64,000 nucleotides of DNA from Phallusia mammillata. Taxonomy: Eukaryota. The stretch covers positions 6,882,001 to 6,946,000 of the forward strand of contig OZ281500.1 in assembly GCA_965637545.1 (NCBI GenBank), read 5' to 3'. A program made the position numbers and the translations under genes. Every line of letters starts with the position of its first letter. Position 1 is the stretch's first letter. The notes beneath the pieces are model-generated. The model saw only the letters and a list, made by a program, of their open reading frames with translations, was not told the DNA's origin and did no database searches. Positions 1 through 14,900 of the stretch are shown one piece after another.

Positions 1-3000
1 GTATGCGTGTGTGACTAATTAACCGGCGTTTAAGGCGTGGCTTGTTTTGATTATTATCTACCAGCGAGTCACATACAGATTTTGTTGCATTGGCTCGAAC
101 ATGTAGTTTTCTGCGAATAAACGAATAAGTATAAACAGTTTGTGGTGTTTTTTTAACACGCAAAGTTGCTAGAATTGTAAAAAGGGCATTTTGACACAGC
201 GTACTCGAAATAACCAAGTTTTTTTTACAAATACGTACAAACTTTGAATTAATTGACAAGTGATATCTACAATATTATATGTCCAAATTTTAATTGGTAT
301 TACGCTTGCTTCCGTTTCGTGCTTCGAACAACGAGATTTTGGACTGAAGCAACTTTTGACCATAGCTTTTTTGCTATACAACTCAAGTCCCAGCCGTAAG
401 GTTTCATATTTCACTACAAGCTTTGAAGTTGTACGTTTCCCCCCTGTGGGAAGCTATGAGCTTTAACATTGCAATTAAATCCAACTAAAATCACCATTAC
501 ACAGAAGTGATTGTCGACCGCATCGTAATTTTTTCCGCTTCTGTGGGTTTGTTTTCTCCAGCGCGAATCGCGTGGTATATAGTCTTGAGTTTAATGACGT
601 TTTTCGTTTTGTTTACGACAAATTGTGGTCGCCGCGCTTTAACATCTCTAGTTTATGGTTGAAAAACCGTCACGTGTGTATAAAGTCGCGCGTCATCGTA
701 ATCTGCCGTCACGAGTTAAAATCACGTGAGCAGCTAAAAAAACACGATTTTACACAATAAATTCCAATGCAGTTTTTAAAGATACAAGTCAACATTTGGG
801 CGTAAAACATCACAGCGTTTCGACAGTTTATTTTGTCAGCGTCAGGTGAAATAAAACCGTGCAGTGCGTTCCCCAAATTTGTGGTGTTTCTTTAATCTAG
901 TATTCCTAATCCGCTTTGTATACACTGATCCAAGGAGTAAAATTCCAGCTGATGTAACTTAAACGTTGAAGTAGTGAGGCAAGCTGATTTGAATATAGCC
1001 CAGCCGTCATATGTTTACCAGACCAGTCAGCCAATAATCTGCCGCAGAAGGTTATTTTTGACTGTCTGTGAACGTGTACGGTTTGTGGATATCCGCGACG
1101 ACGATTTGTGGGAATTTTTCGGAATTGCGATTAAATATTGCGGGGCCATGATGTGCTAGACTTTACTTTATAAATTAAAGTGGTTCCCAACCTTTTTCGA
1201 CGAATTCCTCCCTTTACAATTCAATGCATTTTCATTCCTCCCTGATATACTACATGGTAGGCCTAAACCATTAAAATATATGTTTTTCTGTTCCTATGTT
1301 CAACGGTTGGTGAAACCCTCTGCCATAAATATCAGCCAGTAAAAAGTTTTGATGCATGTGACGTGTTCGCTAAGTTTGTGAAGAGTCAACAAGGGAAATC
1401 CCCGTTTTAACTTCGCCGAAATAATCAGGCGGACTTAACCAAGCAGAATAATTCGATGGAAAATCCAGTTTCCCACAGATCGAAAATTTGTTGCAAGTGG
1501 GGAAATTTGGTGACTCGCGCGGCATGTATGCGTGGCACGTGATTGACGTCACTAATTCGCGAACTTTTGTAGTTACCGAATTCGAAAGCATTGTTTTGGT
1601 TGTCACAATGGTCGTTTGGGCTTTCGGCTAATTGTCTTCTTGCCTCGTGAATAATTAACGCACTGTTGTAAACATCGTGACCGGCAAATTTCTAAATACA
1701 TTTATCACTTAAAAGGTTTACAAACGACCACAAGCAATCAGTTTCTCCTAATGTCGACTTCATAATTTAAGGTCTTACCGCCTCTTTAGTTCGTATTAGA
1801 CAGGAATTTTAAACTCTTTCAAGTAAACATTTAACTGAGGTTTGCCCACGTACATCGTTGTCGCAACGTCGAAGACAATTACGGTTGTATTTGCACCCAT
1901 CACACCTCACAGTTGACAGGGAAACAACTGGCTGTCAAAATTGCCAGGAACTTTACATCATTAAACATAAAAACACGCCTAGGGTGGTCGAACCCATTTT
2001 AGCGGCTAATGTTTACAGTATTTAGCAAGGGTGGGAACCAGAAACGGCGTTTCATCGGCGACTCTATGATTTGCGACTTGGTAAACTGACACCACTTGTT
2101 TCTCCTTCGTTACGGCGTGAATTTGGAGCAAACCTTTATTGGTTTTCGAGCGTAGATTAGGTTGCTATCTACCTTGTCCGAAAAATTACTGCAAACTTTC
2201 CATTTCGGTCCTGAACTTTCTCTTTTTGTGTAGAAAGGTTGCTGTTTGTTAGAATGAACATTAGCTGCGGTTTGTAAAGTGTGAAGTGTTAGAATTTTTA
2301 AAAAGCGATTTGCCAAATACCTAAACTATTATAGGCAAACGCTCATGCCAACTATTTGGGTCTATAGATTTCGCATAAAATTTAATTAGAACAAAATAAG
2401 GCTAATGTAATGTTTGTCTCATAGATCTAAAATTTGGAACTTTGCCAGTATTTTCTTCAGTCGTGCGGTTCATTTGTGGTTGTTCTGGGTGGCCTGAACT
2501 TGCGCGTGACGGCCGGTCACGGCTCATTGAACACAAGGCATTTCCTCGACGAATAATGAGCAGATGCCGTGCCAGACCGGTTGAATAAAATTTGATGCGC
2601 ATTTCATTCAAACATAAAATTGCTAGCTTGAGGGTTATTTCGAATTCATGCCAGTTGTTATTTTTTGTCACCAACGCTAGTTTTGTCGACATGAACTACG
2701 CTGCATCCCATAAAAGCAGTTTAATCACATTTACGGTTAAAATTTCAATCAAAACCCAGCCGTGTCATCTGTTAAAATACCATTATGCCTCACGCGACCA
2801 GTTTTCACGAAATATGACGGAAGTGTGTAATTTTTTGTCAGTCTATAAAAAATTGCTCATGAATACCCTGTCGTACTATACAACATCCTAATATTTGAGC
2901 GGTATTACGTGGATGTCTAAATAATGAAAAACCCAGTCAAAAATTGAAATAAAAGTCATTTAATTGCTCGGGCTATTTTTAACAGAATTGACTCGCGTTT

Positions 3001-4360
3001 TAGCACTGTTTTGCATTTTGCTATTTTATTTTAAAGCGATGAGTTTCCAAAATTTGATATCCGGTATTAATTGGCTGTGAACATATTTTGGGTGATGCTT
3101 CATATTTTCATTGACAATTTGCACGTTATTCACTGTTAATAATATTTTCACTATAAACGAAATTGAAACCGTATATGGCTTGCCGATTGTTAGCTTAATA
3201 GATTGAAATATGTAAGTAAATACTTGGTTTTGTAAAACCGGTCTGTGACAAATAGAAACCAATTTATGTTTTCGTTATGAGCAAATAAACGTATGATACC
3301 AAAAAATCCCAATCCGTTTGCTTACAGGGCCGCCATGTCATGCCTTGTATAGACCTACGCGATCAGTTTGGTAATGTGTTCCATAAATTATACAATAATA
3401 GAAAACAATGCGGTATCGCATGTCACGGCAAGTGTTACGTCAAAGTGTTAATTTAACGGGACGTCACGAATGTCTGACAAAAACAACCACTGTAGTATAC
3501 GCACCGCACTCTCTTGGCTTGTGCACCGTGCATGATATAAACTGTAAAGCATTTATCATAGTTTCATTGTAGTTCACAATTTCGACTTGTGACGAAATAC
3601 TGATGTTATAAGGCAGTGATTTTCAAACTGTTTGCTGTGAGAGATTTCTAAGTGTGTCGGGGGGTAAATACAGTATATATAATCTAAATGTGGGTGTTAT
3701 AGAGGTGTTAGCAACTTAATATGGGTATTTTCGGACAATGCCAATCTCCTGTACAGTTTTCCCATTTCGTTATCTTAAATACGAATTATTCTTACTTTAA
3801 TTAATACAATTTTTGGACACATCAATTCGTACAAAATAAGCAACAACAAATTGAACTTTACATTTCTACCAACGGAGAGCGTTTGACGTATATGTACATC
3901 CTTTACTTTACACGTTTTTGCATCCGTGCCCCACGCTCGACACTGTTGCTTATCGGAAACAAACTAACAAACATTAGGTTGCTACACAACAACTATCGTC
4001 GCTCCAGCCGATTTACACCGTTCCTTACAGCCCATGACGTCACTGGGGGTCGGCTACGGTATTTCCAGGGAAGAGCTTAACACATAATCGCTTACATAGC
4101 AAACTTATGCGGAAATACCTACTCTACAGTAGGGTTGTTTTTGAATGAAATTCACATGCTCTTAAAGCTGCAAAACTATGCTCCTGAGAGGAATACAGCT
4201 AAAAACTGGGCGCCCGAACTTTTCTCCTTGTTGGGTTTTGCTGCGGGGGCACAAGTCGTGTATTAAGAAATAGCACATTCATAAACAACTGACGAAGAAG
4301 CGCTATCTTAGTTCCTGATAATGGTTACAGATAGGCAAATTAAGTCCACACGACTACGTG

Positions 4361-4534
4361 CAGTGGTGAGATTTAGCCGGTTCGCACCGCTTTTATAAAA
4401 CCGTCCCACGAAATTTAATGAGATCAGCGAACCGGTTAGCATTACTGGTTACTGTCAATGTACTTTTTATAACAGAACCGGCAGAAAAATATGACTTTTG
4501 TGATAAAACCCAAAAAAAATGAATCCCACCACTG
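4361..4534. mobile_element. hAT-type MITE, same family as 16501-16680 (inverted orientation)
   Basis: TIR CAGTGGTG(A/G)GATT / GAATCCCACCACTG. Body is an approximate reverse complement of 16501-16680. Degraded TSD actacgtg/gttacgtg. Confidence 0.8.
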
Positions 4535-4868
4535 GTTACGTGTAAGTTTCTCGTTCCGTTGGCGATATTGGCAAATGTTGTGAACAATGCGTGCTTATGA
4601 GAATGACCGACGCGATTAACGTTTTTTAGGCCATTTGACGTTTACTACATCACATGTTTTTGGTTTCAATTCAGGTTGATCCTAAGAGACGTAAATTCCC
4701 TTTCGCTACTTTTCGTGGTAGTTTGACATTTCGTTAAAAGTGCAGTGACGGCAAACCAACAAACCCAGAGATTGTTTGGCGATAGATTGTTGAGTTTCAA
4801 TTTCAAAGCATCCCAACCCACCAACGCACTTTTCAGTTTGTAGGTTTACGCAAAAGCGGTTAAAGTAT

Positions 4869-6575
4869 ATGTTAGGTTCAAACCCCGTTCTATTTCTGAA
4901 TCGAATGAGTCACATATCTCGGTTTGGTGTACGTGTGTTTAACCTTTACGAAAAGTCAAGATTAGTTTCTGATGTCGACTTTAAATGTCCCATAAGAAAG
5001 GTGAATGTGAGACACCGACAAAACGTCAATAAAACCGCGTGTTTTTTTCAATTATTATTGCTAAGAAGACTGGAGCCTTCATGTTTTAGAAAAAAATCAG
5101 AATTGTTTGTCAAAACTGGGGTAATAAATTTTGCTACAAATGTTTACAGAAAAGAAGATCTTCCCACATTCGTCGCAAGTGTTGTGACCAACAACGGAAA
5201 AGTGCCACTTCCAGTTTTTCTCAGCAAACCATACAAGCCGTCGGCGCATGCGCAGTGCACGAAAGCTCGCCGCGCCCTGTATCGCATGCTTCAAATCAGA
5301 AACATTTTACAAAATGACGTCACAGTCGTGGAATTCGATCGCGTGGGAGTGGATTACCACCAAAGCGCCGTGCTAAAATCCACAGATCTGCGGTTGTCGC
5401 CCTGCCCTTGTTACGCCATTACATCATCATTTGATGACGTCACAGATGAGTGGCGTCGCCAGTACTTGTTGGAAAGCCTGTTGGGGTGCAAGACTGAAAG
5501 TTTGGAGCTCCACGTAGCTTTCGGTCACACGATCAATAATCTACGTAAAATCGATGAAAAGTTCTCAGCGCGATTTGAGGTAATGTGGATGAGCACTGTG
5601 GCGTGGATGAGAGCTGGACTGCCATTAGCTTTGGCGATTTCTTTAATTCTGGTGCTCGTTTATGGGGTGCTGGAGAACGCTAATTCGAGCGATTTACTTC
5701 TTTCTGCATTAGATGCTAACGATTCTGACGATTTTAGTCACGTGGACACATTAAGCCAATGGCAGTGCTGGATGCAAATCGCCATCGCCTTAAACTGTTT
5801 GCTGGGATTTCCCATGTGTAGGACGACCTTCGGGGTGTTTGATTGCTCTAGTGTTGCGGCCATCTATAATCAGGTGAATTCGTGGAGAAGAAACAGGTTG
5901 ATATCAGAAGGTAAGCGAACAATTTTGTAGTGTTTTGTGGCACTTGAATTTTTTAATCTTTCTGTGACAGTTCTGTAAAGCTTACAAAAAACATTATGGT
6001 GCGATGACGACTATTAAGTTAGGACTACGTTTTCAAGAAATGATAAATTTGCTGAACTACTAAATCATACTTCAAGTTTTATTATAGCACTATAGCTTAC
6101 GTAACCAGAACGGCTTTGATCTAAAAAACGCGGTCTAAAAATAGCAAACAGTTTCCAAATCGCCTAACCTTTTTGTCGGCATATTCTTCGCTGTGTTTAC
6201 TCCACCGGATAAATGAGATTTACTTTCCTGAAATTTCAATCTGAAGGTAAACAAACCGGGTGTAAACCTGAAAGCATCCGCCCCGCCCGATCCCACGATA
6301 TCTCTATTCTCATAATTTGAATCAACACTTTTCCATTGTTACCCAACGACGTCGAATGGCTTGCGTGGCGCCCGTACCGGGGCAACGACCTCGTAGCAAC
6401 ACTGTCCACGTTAAGCATTAACGTTGCCCAGCACATATCACACAGACGGAAAGGGCAACATTTTCGACGATAAAACCTCTGTTTGTTTTTTCCAGTTGAC
6501 CGCCGCCTCGCATTGCTGCCCAGGACTCGAAAGATTGTTCAGCTGCTCATTGGCGCCATCGAGCAGCAGATGTGA
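4869..6575 (+). CDS. Uncharacterised protein with basic N-terminus and two predicted TM segments (spliced; 3' end uncertain)
   Basis: 353-aa ORF 4869-5930 with a strong donor AAG|GTAAGC after 5910. Acceptor ttttttccag at 6495 continues in frame (ISE-VDRRLALLPRTRKIVQLLIGAIEQQM*, stop 6573-6575). An alternative donor gtgagt at 6572 could splice to 6908 (ITTGGCKTTQILRKYKRALV*, stop 6968). Hydrophobic stretches LPLALAISLILVLVYGVL and WMQIAIALNCLLGFPM. Confidence 0.6.
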
Positions 6576-7882
6576 GTGCTGGAAATGTGTTGAGCAGTGT
6601 CGTACATTTTACATTTGCTACTGCAGCCTTCATTGCCATTGACAATATGCTTTCAGTTTAACCTTTTTAGTATGTGATTGCTAGAAATGTAGCCTACTGC
6701 GTATAGTGTAGTGCAATTGCTGCTGCTGCGTTCATTGCCACTAATTTTATTTAGATTGCGAGTCGCTTTTCTAGAACAATATGCTTTTAGTTTAACCTTT
6801 TTAAGTTTTGTGTTACATTTTGTTGTTGTTTCTGTGCCTTATTTCTATTTTTTCTTACCGTTTACTGCCAATCTTCACTTCTTACCTACTATCATTTCTG
6901 CCCACAGAACAACCGGCGGTTGCAAAACCACACAAATCCTTCGCAAATATAAAAGAGCGTTGGTTTGACCGACCACAAAATGATTAATGAACATTTACGA
7001 TTTGACAACCGGTGCACACTGAACATTTAATTTAGGAGGGGAACAGGGCGCAGTGTTTACTTATGATCCACTAGTCGTCGCCCGACATATGGTCACATGG
7101 CAGCTGGACGTCGGGTGCTTTTCGGGTTATTCTTTACCCGCGTGAGAGCAACCGAAATCTTCACAAACAAACCGCTTCCATTTTCTAAAACAAATAGTTG
7201 AGGCCGTTTTGGTGAAGTTTGTACATTGAAGATGTTGGTATGATTTTTCTGTTGTTAGATATCCAGGTAGCTTCTTTGCTTAAAACACTTCACCACCAAA
7301 AAGTTGAGAATGATCACACAACACTGTTTTTACTATGACGATAGAACAATAATTCCACAGGTGATTGCAAACTTGCACAACCAGAAGTGTTTGATCTCTC
7401 GAAACCGACATGATAACCTTAAGGAAACGGATTTCATGATAACTTGAGACTCGAAGCTTATAGTTCCAGACTCTGCAACAGTGCTATGAGTTTTCATAAA
7501 AGTAGCATCCGATGTGACATACAATAGGATAGATATTAAAAGCGCATGCCAATGATTTAAAAGGGTCAAATTCGTGTGCAGCAATAAAAAATGAAAGAAA
7601 TATTGGACGCGAAATCAAGTGTTTCAACATTTTTCGATGTGTTGATTGCGAATCACGCACACATAAATTCTGTGCTCCGTTTTGTTGTTGAAAAAAAAAA
7701 CTTTTGTAACAAAGATTTTTGTCTTGATTAAACGTCTTTCCAATTGCAACGTTTACCAAACATGCACAAACTCTTCTTAGCCGTTTTTCCGGCCCTTAAG
7801 AAGCATCACTAGCCTCTCTAATCACAACACAAACGAAATCATTACGTGGGTTGAATATATGCATGCACGAATTGGACTGGAA

Positions 7883-9721
7883 TTACTTATCCTTGTCCTC
7901 TTCTTGTACAGCACATTCTCTTTTCCGAGCACATTTCGACACGATACCGTCGAAATACTTGAGATAAGCAAGCGACACCATGCGGAAAGGACCCATCAAT
8001 GCGATTTGACAGAACGCTGTCAGCATGGAATTACATGGCGACATTCCAGCAGTTACTTGCCCTTTTATTAAAAATAGAACAACAATTAATAAAACAAATA
8101 CTGTACCTTTTGTTGTAATCTTGCTTTTGGTCATTTTGCAATAAATTCTGACACAAAATTTCAATTCAATTTTTTGAAGTCGTTTGATCACGGGGGTCTG
8201 CTGTTCTTTCCATTTGTTTTAAATCCTTTGTACTTACCAATAGTCCCTTTTTTCAAATTGCCACCTGGTCTCACTGTTAACTATCGCAATTTTTTTTCTT
8301 TACCTAAAATGAATCCATCCAAACCAATTGTGGAGCTGAATTCTCCCCGCACAGCATCCCTAAAAATAGCTTTGCCAACAGCATCAGGCATAAAGAAGCC
8401 AGAAGTCTCAGAAATCAGCTGTGTTTCCTCTGGTTTTCTATCATCTGGTCAAAATAATTGATTACAAATTATGTTTTTGTTTGACACATCATTTTTGTCA
8501 TGTATGTAGTTTTGCATGGGGGATTAACTCCTGTGATAGCCAAAACAAAAGCATTTTGCATGAACAGAGCAAGCAAATATATCATGTACTGACCATCATC
8601 ATGAAATCCTGGTGTGTCTGTATCAGGGGGAAAGGATACAGTAACTGCAATATTGTATGGTTTCACCTTTGAAACAACACACAAATTTAGTTTCTGATGC
8701 ATTATTGTCCTCAGAATCACCACAACACATACAAATGATTAATCAAATACTAAACATTTTTTGGCAAATTGTATATTTGTGAGACAATAAGTATGGCAGC
8801 ATCTTCAATTGCCACATATGAAACATAAAAAATACCACACCCTGTTGCCATAGTTTATCAAACATTGTACAACAACGAGACCGATTTAAAGTGCACTCAA
8901 TTAAAAAAAATTATCCAGAAGGGTGTTGTGTATAAGTGTGAGTAAAATTAAAAACAATTTGCTGTAAGCTACTGTAGCACCAGTAATTAACAATATTACC
9001 TCCATTTGTAAAGTTTCTGCAAAGCCACGAAGAGCAAACTTGGTAGGACAATAAGCTGTATATCCAAACACACCAGTTTGCCCTGCTTGAGAGCTGACAA
9101 ATACAATTCGACCTGTGGAAACAAAATGTTTAACCATGTGAAATTCAACTTCATCAGTCACACACACACCTTTCTTCCTCTTTTTCATTCCAGGCAAAAC
9201 AGCTTTTGTGCAATAAATAGAACCAAAATAGTTGACTTTCATTAAGAGTTCAAACTGTTCAGTTGGCGTATCCTACAAAAAAAGAAGTTACATGTAAGTA
9301 CAAACATAACTGGACTTTTCAAGGTTGTCACAACAATGCTTTTTAGATTTAGAAATGTAAATTTACTTCAAAAGTTCCAGCAAATGAGATGCCTGCACAG
9401 TTAATAAGGTAGTCAACTGGACCCAAACGCTCCTCTGTTGATTTGATTCCATCCAGAACCTGCAGCAAACATAAAAATAGTTTAAGCTGCTTAGCAATTA
9501 GTGCTATAGTACAAAAATACCAAACTTTTAAAAGTTTAAAAAATACTAAGTCTCACACTACAAACAAAAACTGTAACAGTCTTTGCATGCCCAAAGGCAT
9601 CATGAGGATGTCGCCATACTTTTTTGAATAAAGGGCATTGCAAAATTTTTAAACATTACAGGCCAGGTTGTATTCTACATTTAAAAAAGGTAATTTTGCA
9701 AGTATATAAATGTATATAAAT

Positions 9722-9752
<31 letters not shown>

Positions 9753-10302
9753 AATGCTTATGCCCAGGGCTGCTCAGCTTGTTATTAAACTAAGGAACAG
9801 ACTAAGGAAGACCCTGACAAGCCACAGCTAGCCTGAAGGGTAATTGTGGAAACCCCTGTGATGTAAGTAGATAACACAATGTATTTATTAAATAATTGTT
9901 TGCATTTAACTATTATTACTTGTAATTCAATTATGTGAACTAAAAAAAAACACCCAACTACCATATCATGTTATTTAAAGTTGTCAATAACATACAAAAT
10001 AGTACCTCTTTAGCTGATGAAGCTACATCAAGAGGAAGAATAGTTACACATTGTCGTTCTCCTCCACCTTTCATGTGTTGTTCAACAATGCTTTTAGCTT
10101 CCAGAAGCTTTTGTTCATTGCGAGCAACCAAAGTGATAAACCCTCCTTTCCTTGCAAACTCTTTGGCTATTTCGAGGCCAATGCCAGATGACCCACCAGT
10201 GATCAAAATATGCGATCCGGCAACATTCAAACGACTTGGACGTGAAGAGACAATGAAAAGCAGTACAATAATCACAACGGGAAAAAGTATAAGAATCAGC
10301 AT
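7883..10302 (-). CDS. KDSR: 3-ketodihydrosphingosine reductase (FVT1), SDR family, multi-exon
   Basis: N-terminal TM then HILITGGSSGIG Rossmann motif (exon ending 10006). Further segments LINCAG, VNYFGSIYCTKAVLPGMK, IVFVSSQAGQTGVFGYTAYCPTKFALRG (YxxxK), VTVSFPPDTDTPGF, and C-terminus AGMSP...MGPFRMVSLAYLKYFDGIVSKC match KDSR. Alternative in-frame start at 10338. Confidence 0.95.
9703..9753. repeat. (TA)n microsatellite with flanking TATAAATG units
   Basis: tatataaatgtatataaatg(ta)n tgtataaatg in KDSR intron 1. Confidence 0.8.
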
Positions 10303-11999
10303 TTTGCTGTTATGTATCTGAGATACCAAATTTGGCATTAAATAAAAACCACTACACTGCGTCTTTCGCTAGATTGTAATCAAATTAATTATCTAAAACA
10401 AACTTTTGCAAACCTTATTGCACGTCGGTTACCCAACTGTCTTGTGATACGAAAGTGTACTTAACACATGTATACAAGGACAAGTTAAAACAAACGTGCG
10501 TTCCGCGTGACTAGACAGAGGGACAAGATGATTTATTTGAGATGAGAAATTGAGAATCCCGTGAGATCGATGGCGTTTAGCGCCGTACCCAGTACCCACT
10601 GCTTTCCCACTCTGTTGTTGCATAAAAAGTCTGTGGAATCTAAACTAAATGTATCCTCCCTTTTAAATATAAAAGTCGTTTTGAATCGTTTCAATTGACC
10701 GATTCTATTGGGGGCCTGGCCGCCTGGGAACCCTGATTGTGATCCACATCTGCATCTAACTCCAGTGCGGTCTCAATAAGGTATAGATTTCAGCCTGAAA
10801 ATTACTTTTAAAAATATGTTTTCCAATGTCTTGAAATTACTTCCTCCGAGGCTGGATAGGTTGCATTTTCATTTGAGGTTTTACAAGACCAATAAAAACA
10901 CACTTCCGAAGTTGAAACTAATTGGTCAGTGAAGAACTATGATTCAACTTAGTTTGTGCTTGCCATGCTGCGGTATACTGAGTTCACTATGTTTTTGTCT
11001 GTATAAACGAAACTGATGAGCAAATTTCCTGTAAAGTTTTTTCATCATGATCCTGGTAGTTTAGCAGCACACAAAAATCGATGCAGTGTAAAGGATTCTT
11101 TTTCAAAAAATTTATTGCACAATATGAAAATCATAGGCAAAGATGTAATGCATCCCATATAATGACAACGAAAAATTTAGGATCATTCCTGCTGAACAGG
11201 TAGTTGCTGAAAATAATAGGCAAAAAGAATGCATGGTAAATTATGCACATGGGTGTGTTTATTATTTACATCAAAATTGTTTATTCTTTAAACTGACCAT
11301 ATTTGCCAATCGAAAGATATGGATAATGTAAAACATTCACAGGGTGAAAATCCATCACAAGGTTTCAAAATAAAACAAAAACATCAACAATCTAGTAAGC
11401 TTGCTACTGAGAGGTTTCGTTGGAAGTACTGCAAAAACAATACTGTGTAATTTGGAACAAAAACAAATCCGGTCCACAATCTATAACTGCATTGTAAATA
11501 AAGGGTATACAATCACATTAACGCGAGATGTAGGTCATGTGAAAAGCACGGAATTTAAAGGCACATATTTGAAAGTCATGGCTATATAATTTTCTGCTGC
11601 TTTTTAAATAATTCACAATGAAATAAAATAGTGAAATTAACAGTTTCATTGCAAAAACTTAATTCTTAATGCTTCGGCAAATGCCAATAAAGTTTACATC
11701 CTAAATCTTAAAATTTTGGTAAAATACTCATATGAGAAACACATATATGAGATAAATAGAAGGCAATAAGCAAAAATGCAACTTTGAAACAGTTCTTTAA
11801 TGTTGTTTTTATGTAATGCTTAAATCTTTAAACTTACAGCAGCTGTACGGCCGATGCTTTTTACTGTGGCATCTGACAATATACTGTTAGAAGGTTTTAA
11901 ATAAATGATTGCAACATCAATTCAATGCAGTTGCAGCAATATGGTTTATATCACAATGAATTAAGGAACATATATGAGAAAAGTCAAAATTTGGCTTTG

Positions 12000-14900
12000 T
12001 TAAAAGCTTTTTATCAAAGTTGAACTTTCTGAACATCTGAGTACAGTTTGGTGAAGACTGCCAATCCATCTCTAGCATTTTTTATCTATTTGAATAGAGT
12101 AGAGTACCACAGTTAAACATACACACAAGGTCAAAATATTCCCATGATTCTGTTGGGGGTAAATAAGTACTACATAGAACTTTTAAGGGTAAAAATTGTC
12201 TTTTCGTTTACTAAATCCTGTTTTAGGACAAGCATATGCTTTGCAGTCTACAGAAACATCTAAACCTGGAGTGTGCAACATTTTTCGGGTGTGAGCCATA
12301 TAACCAATTTTGGACATCAAGCGAGCGCCATACAATTTTCTTCATAAGCATCAATGCATTTATTTTCTAAAACGTATAGAGTTTCACCACAACACTGGCT
12401 TTCATTGTTTACCAAACAAAGGGAATTAATATGTCACATTAGGAAGTACTTGCTAACTGCTGTATGGCCGACTGGTTAGAAAATGCTGGTTTAGCTTATA
12501 CTTATGGAGGAGACTTTCCCAAAACTAGTGACAATTTTTGCTGAATTCCCAGAAGATTTGCACTTTTTCTCTCCATCAGTGTGTTTGTGAGGGCCACACT
12601 ACATAGCTTGGCGGGCCTGGATTGTGGCCCGCAGGCCGCCTGTTGCACACCCCTCATCTAAACTTTTAAGCATTACCATATGACATTTTGAAATGTTGTA
12701 CATGTATCTGCCACCCAGATGTACACAATGACAAGTGTTCTTTAAAATGTTGTGATTGACTAAAGTATGAACACTTATAGATGTTATGAATACCTTCAGA
12801 AACTATTTTAAATAGATCTAGCAATGAGAAAAATACCTCAGAATCTGCTAGTTGGACAAGGGCACTTTGCATTGTTAAAAGACGCTGACGATTGTGTCTT
12901 TCCAATTCAGGCTTGGCTAGTTCGGTCATGTCATTCAATTCTCTTTCCAACCGTTTCATAGTTTCCTCTGCCTAATAACAATTTAATTTAACAAAACTGA
13001 CTGAAAATTGCCTTGATGTTTTTTATGTTCTAGACCAGTGATTCTGAACCGCAGCTCTCAGGGCCCTATGTGGTTCCCAACTACTTATTTTACGGCTCAC
13101 ACCAGACCTCAGAAAACCACCCAAAACAGTTATTTTAGATTTCAAGGTAATAATCTTTAGTGATTTTGGGGTCTTGTTTTTGCGTTTCCTTACCCACTTT
13201 AAAAACTACCAAAGGGCCCTGACATAAAAAAGGTTAAGAACCACTGTTCTAGACATATTTGAATAATGTGTTACATATTATGTCTTATACTTTAAAATGT
13301 ACATTTTTTGGCAAACAAGGTGAGCATCATTGGCCAATAAGGTCGGCAGTACAATATGACTCAATTTGACTGAGTTGAAGGTAATGCACAAATTACTAGA
13401 AGTTGATTCCTTTAAATTACTTCCTGCTCGTTGCTGCCTGCCAGCCACAGTAAACAAGCCATAACCAGTGGGCCAACTAACAGTGTACTGTTGGTTTACT
13501 TGTATTTTTGTAATATCATATCTACTACACATGTAGATATGTGTATAATGCTCGGTAAACCAATAACATACTGAGGCAATGATGAAAAACTTTCCTATAC
13601 TTAATATAAATTAGGCAGAGTTGTTTTATCTACCTGCTGCTTCTTTTGAGGTTTTGCTTTTTCAAATGTCTTTTTTGCATTTTCAAGTTCTACCATTTTT
13701 TGCACTCTTTTCTGTAACATTTCATGTTCACTTTTTGCAAATCCAGAATAAAGCTGGAGGACCGCACCCAGTGACCTTTGCCGATTGATCGCAATAACAT
13801 TACTTTCTTCACTGGAGTGTTCCAAGGCACTTCCAAACAGCTGAAACAACCTACAAAGCAGCAAGTATTTTTTTGGTTTTAAGTCCAGCAACTATGTTGC
13901 CTTGTTGTTTAACACCTCAAAACTAATTCATCAATATTATGTTAAAATTGCATTAGAATCATATTTTCCATCCATAAACTCCTTGGACATCAACATTTTC
14001 AATTGTAAATAAACCCACATTCAAAGCTAAGTATGTGTTCCAAAAAACCCTAAGTACTGTAAACTTCTTAAATAAGACTTACGAATCAGTTTTCATGGTA
14101 TTTTCATCACTGGCTTCTAATGCCTTAACTCCGTCATGTATATCTCTGTAAAGGTTGGATATTCCTGCAAAGTTTTTGTTTCTTTATTTCTTTGTGTCTA
14201 TCTTCAAATGAAACAAACAAAATACAAAAACTACTATGTTTTCATACTGTGTTCGGAGTTCACTATTTGTTGAAATCTATTTGATGCTTCCTTCATGTTT
14301 TTTAGATTCTCATTATTGTTGACACGGATTTGTTGAAAGGATTCATCATTATCTTTGTAATTTGCAAGTCGAATATCATCCACAGCTTTTGTAACAGCTT
14401 CAAAAAAGTTCCTTTTGACTTTCACTTTAGCAGGTGGCTGTCACAAAAAAATGTTTCAGTTGCACATGTGATATACAGACAGGTATTTTGTGCCATGGAG
14501 TGTTTAACAGATTTGAATCTACTAAAAAACCCTGTGGCTGTAGTTTTTGTGCCAAAATTACATATATAACTTGTCCTTTTTTATTAAAAAATTGTTTTTG
14601 GATAAAACGATCCAAATACAGACACCTTCTTGTACTTACATCTTTTTCAAATGCAAATGCTTGCAAAACATTGGAATGTCCAAGGCGGGGATGCTGTGTA
14701 CATAGGTCAAGAAATTTCTCATAAGCTCGACAATGTTCATCATAATTATCGCCAACTAATATTTTTGCTTTTTCACCAGCCTGTTTTTTTGTTTTTTTCT
14801 CAGCAGCTTGAAGACTTGTAGTTGGTTGTGCTGGCAAGGGAGGAAACTAGATTGATGAAAGTAAGAAAATGATACTTTATTATAATGATAGGAAGAACAT

